From the NCBI RefSeq assembly GCF_000143415.4, contig NW_003314275.1:1431955-1495954 (forward strand): 64,000 nucleotides of DNA, read 5' to 3'. How positions within the stretch are numbered: position 1 is the first letter of the stretch; the number at the start of each line of letters is the position of its first letter. Shown piece after piece: positions 59,760 through 64,000 of this stretch. The notes below the pieces were generated by a model. The model was not told where the DNA came from, made no database searches, and was given only the letters and a program-made list of their open reading frames with translations. Source of the stretch: Selaginella moellendorffii. Taxonomy: Eukaryota > Plantae > Lycopodiophyta. The translations under genes were made by a program, and so were the position numbers.

Positions 59760-62100
59760 ACTTACTCACCTTGCGACGATCTTCCTTCATTTCACAAAAA
59801 TGTGCAGCACTCCAACTTTTGATCCTTTGGGACATAAATCGAGTAGCCTTCTTCCAGATGTAACACCCAAACCTCCCAATCCCGATCACCACTGGCTTTC
59901 CTTCCGGATCCACTCCCCTTGGGATACTTCCATCAGCTGCATCGCGGTCTCCAATGTAATGGCGTCATAGTTTATGCTCTCGGGTACTCTCACTCGCTTT
60001 GGCTTGAGTTTCCCTTTGGCGTTCTCGCAGATTTGCAGTCTCCATACGGGCCATCCTTGTACAAGACTGAAGTCCCATGGTGGAATCGAAAACTTTGCTC
60101 CTGGATTTCACCACCGGCGAGCCGCACTCTTCCTCTTCCTCGTCATTGTTGTAGTGGCACGAAGGATAGCGATTGCAGCGTGAGCTTGAGGTAGCGAGGT
60201 TGTCTGAGAATAGGCTGTTGAGTCGGAACTTTGGCCGTGGACGTTACTTTGTCGTGGAAGTTTGGCCAGAACTGCTGCAACACTTCTTTCCACTTCATGC
60301 TCCCGGACGAAAAAGCGTCTAGTTGCCCCTCCTGCTTGACCGTGAAGCCGTAGTCCAAAAACTTGGTGAAGCCGCCACCATCCAGCCTCGAACGCGTGCG
60401 CTGCTTCTCAATTTGCATGTACTGCATCAGCTGGAGAGTTTTGAGGACGTGAGCGCACGTCAACGGCCTCCCAATCCCAAGCTCTTCCACCTTCTTTCTT
60501 CACAAGGCTTCCTTCGGTGTATCGAGCTGGCAGCTTGGTAAAGTGCTGCTTGTGCTTGATGTCCATGGCCGAGACGCAGCTGCCAGCTTTGAGCGATGGG
60601 AGGTTCTTGTTCATGCCTGATTCTTCGTCATCTTTGCCCCTTAGACGATCTCATAGCCTGGAAACTCCATGCTTGATGCTGTCGATCGCAGCCTCATAAC
60701 GCCTTTTGGGTCCACAACGTCCAGAGAGACGTGATTAAACAGGCTTGCTCCAGCTGACACGCCATCGTTCTCCTCCAAATGAAAGCATACAGCCGCAACG
60801 CATCCTGCTCTACAACATTTGCCAGTTCTGATGGAAAACTCGATGCCTGTCGGTCTTATTGCCTCGTGAGCTTCCTGGGCGTTCTTCACTTTGGATGAAA
60901 ACTTGCCGTATCTCTTGTCTGTCCGTCCTCATGTAGAATAGTGTTGTCCGAAGGAATGCTCCGGGGCCATACATCACGTCCTCTCTACAGCAAGACGCAT
61001 CAAGCAAGCTTGGCTTCGGTGCTTCGAAAACGATGTTGCTGGCACAGAAGCTTTACGAAGGTGTTAAGCTTGTCGGTCTTATAACGTTCATGCCGTCGAC
61101 TTTGAGGGAGCTCTTCGAAATGTAGTTGGCAGCAGCCTCAGCGTCGCCAGCAGTGAGCGAGAACTGGTCCAGTTTGACGCCGTCGTAGCTCACAGGCTGT
61201 GTGCTTGTCTTACAACTTGTCCCTTACTGTCTGCTGGAGAATTCTCTGCTCAGTACTCTCGAGGAGCTCTCAATCTCCTTCTCCAAGCCAGCAGCAGACT
61301 GGACTCTTCCAGCGTACTTAAGTCCCTTCTTCATGATGCCTTCCAGCTTAATCATCTCGAGAATGTGCCAGGCAATGGCTTCTACTACTTCAGCCTTCTT
61401 CTTGCTTCTTCAGGACTTACTTTGAATCTCCACGATCTTTTCCTCCCTTGGGAGGCGCTTCAGCTTTGTTGCTTTTGCGACAGCTTTCACCTTTCCTGCA
61501 TCATCTTCTTTGGTAGCATTCGATTCGTTCTTCTTCTTCTTCGCGGCATTTGCAGTGTCGCTGGGATTTTGTTCCACACCCACCGGTTGCTGCTTGGATC
61601 TGGCATTTTTCTTTGACGAAGAAGCCTCCTGCAGGAAAATTACACTGACAGCAAAGCTGCAAGAAGAGAACCAGGATCCGCCAGCTTTCAGCAGTCGAGG
61701 CTTTCAAAGCCACTCCTTTCGTCCCTTTCCTTCGAAACCATCTTCTACTGCTAGCAGAAGAGCACGGATATGTAGCCTGACTGTTAGCAGAAGAGTACGG
61801 ATTTTAGGCTTGACTGTGCAATCCAATCCCCCTGGCTGGAAAATCCCACCTGGGGCCATGGAAGGCAGCAATGCTGAGCGTACCAGACTGCCATGGTTGG
61901 TCCAGACCGTGTTTGGAATCCTGACTGCCGCCGAACGCTGTTGGCCGAATGCGGTTGGACAGCTCCATTCGGTGATTCCGTTCGGTGATAATAATGGCAA
62001 TTGCGCTTGCAGGGGTTAAATTTCCGATGCTGCTGCGGTTATCGCCATCGCCACTGCATCTCCATCGCTTTGCTGTTCTCCTGCTGCTATGGACATCCAT
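59760..62100 (-). pseudogene. Organellar-type DNA topoisomerase IA pseudogene, copy B, with internal inversion
   Basis: EAIAWHI, AGRVQSAA, YMRTD, KNAQEAHEAIRPT, EELGIGRP and C-terminal repeat GKPVVIGIGRFGCYI; many frameshifts and deletions. Confidence 0.88.
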
Positions 62101-63433
62101 CCACGAATGCCCAGCCCAGCAAGCCTACATCGAATCCGACCAAGAGGGCTATAGCCTATAGGAGCTGTGTGCGTACCAAGCTTTACAGGGTGACACTCTC
62201 CAGTGGGTCAGCCTCCACTTTAAATTGAGCGTGGAGTAGCTCACTAAGGCCTCGCAAATTGCCCAGTCCGCAACATTTGAATTGTAATTTTTGCCCTAAA
62301 ATGGAAATTAGGATTCCAGTGATTTCAGATATTTGATTCTAGCAATTCTAGTGATTCTGGCACAATTGAGCAATGGCGCTTAATTGGGCATGGTCCCATG
62401 TTACCAAGCTCACTCCTTATGCTTCTGGCAAAGGAGTTGGGTGTTAGAAATGTAATTATTGTGGAAAAATGTATGGCAATCTATCGAAATGAATTAAAGT
62501 GCATCTTGCTAAAATTTCTGGGCATGATATTGAAACATGATTTCAAACATTCTTCTTCTTGTTCAGAACCAAGCTTGCTAAATGTTTATGGAACAAATTG
62601 CAAATGCCCCTTTCTCTTTACCTTTTACAAAGAAAATGAGTAATAGTTGGTTTAATTTGGTCTAATGCTTTAGTTTGGTTTAATGCTTTAGTTTTTCTAC
62701 TTTTATTAGTGTGGTTTTACTAAAAATGTTTTTTTTATCAAATTTTTTTTTGTGAACCATTTGTCCATTTAGCATTTTCACAGCTGGTCAATAACCACGG
62801 TCAGCTGGTTGACCAGTTCGCATTCAGTATTTGGAATGGTTGGGACCAACTTTGATACCAGCTGCGAGAACAGGGCACTAATGCATTAGGATGCAAGATT
62901 CGCTCGTCGAGGGAAAGATTCATTCCCCCTATGATAAACCCTGGGCTTGGTTCGATTTTGATCACTTAATTACTTTGGTTTAATTGCTTTATTTGCCTTT
63001 GTTTTTTTTTTTTCCTTTTCTTGTTCTCTTTCTTTAATTTATGAATTTCTTTTCAGAAATTCTCCATCTCTATATTTTGAGTAATGTGTTGTGGAAGAGC
63101 ATTTAGCCTAAAATCTTCCTCTTTTGACTCAATTTTAGCTTTTTTTATAACATTTTTAGTAAGAGTTTCATCCTCTTGATTTGCTCACCTAGAGGTTTTA
63201 ACATTATCAACACGGTTTTTATTTGCTATCTCACTAATTGCATGCATATCTTTATCAATAAACAAACATGCATAAAACATTCTTATTGAATGGTGCAATT
63301 TAGTTAATCTTATATAAGTCAATTTAGATCTTCTAGCAAAGTCTTTACATGTACAATTAGAATTAGAAATTCTGATAAAAGTTGGATAAGAATCACTAAG
63401 ATAATTCCTTTGATACCAAATGTAATACATCTT

Positions 63434-64000
63434 AATTTGGAGTTGAACTCCAAACTTGTTTGCTATGAAATAAAAGTCTAATATACACTCAAATCCCCTA
63501 TGAGCACCAACTCCTCATATCTAACTTTTACATGCAAAACAGTGTCTTGGCATGATTTTAGTATATCAGTGGTTTAATGCGAGGAGGTGGGTACCTCACC
63601 AATTAGAGCAATATGGAACTTAAACTTAAACCCAAGTTAAATGCAAAACAAAGTAACTTTCCATTCTTTTGACCACTATCTCTATTATATATTTAGAGTT
63701 TCCCATATATGTGTAGTGCATATGAATTTGGAGCTAAACTCCAAGCCCGTTGCACTACGAAATGAGGGTCCAATACAATCCCACGAGCACCAACTCCCCA
63801 TATCCAGCACCTACAATGCAAAATGATGTCAGATAGAGTCTGGCACAATTTTGGCATACCAGTGGCCTAATGCAAGGAGAAGGGCACCCCATCAACTAGA
63901 GCAACGTGGAGCTTGGGCTTAGACCCAAGGCAGCCACAGAACAAGGAGCGACATAGCCAAACGAAAGCTAAACTAATGTTTCAGGTGGTCGAATATACAT
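63434..64000. repeat. Diverged direct tandem repeat, period about 291 bp (two units visible)
   Basis: AATTTGGAG..AACTCCAA at 63434 and 63725; GAGCACCAACTCC, CAGTGG..TAATGC, TAGAGCAA and ACCCAAG occur in both units. Confidence 0.75.

Noticed and set aside
60936-61086. Programmed invertible switch controlling topoisomerase activity
   Set aside because: The surrounding gene has many other frameshifts and deletions, and there is no recombinase or long inverted repeat, so flipping would not restore function.
1-64000. CRISPR arrays, tRNA, rRNA or prokaryotic operons
   Set aside because: None seen; the sequence is intron-containing eukaryotic nuclear DNA.

Overview
Gene-dense nuclear DNA from a plant with short (about 50-120 nt) introns and very short intergenic spacers. 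These traits and the many SS-motif PLS-type PPR genes suggest a lycophyte such as Selaginella; this is an inference, not a database match. The first ~53.5 kb holds about 30 protein genes. They include housekeeping genes (TAF11, RUB/NEDD8, class I TPS, TRS130, TRM11, RPS29, VHA-a, alpha-SNAP), metabolic and wall enzymes (SAD, GDSL, BAHD, GH18, GT47), AMT2, NXD1, SMAP1, two type I MADS-box genes and five PLS PPR genes. A duplicated cassette of two NIF/CTDSP-type HAD phosphatase ORFs pairs an intact DLDDT motif with a DLNET motif, and one copy can be spliced into a two-domain protein. The region 54-62 kb is a mosaic of decayed, intron-retaining gene fragments (TWD40-2, two topoisomerase IA copies, IleRS, an LRR gene). 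It contains a clean 151-bp inversion ending at the topoisomerase catalytic Tyr codon and an IleRS fragment nested in a TOPRIM domain. Other highlights are an hAT-type MITE with an 8-bp TSD, a RUB gene with a vestigial ubiquitin-junction leader, a DYW-domain PPR with an acidic N-terminal arm and no DYW tripeptide, PPR ORFs starting just after other genes' stop codons, and GNATATNC clusters upstream of several genes. All family calls come from motif recognition by eye; no searches were run.
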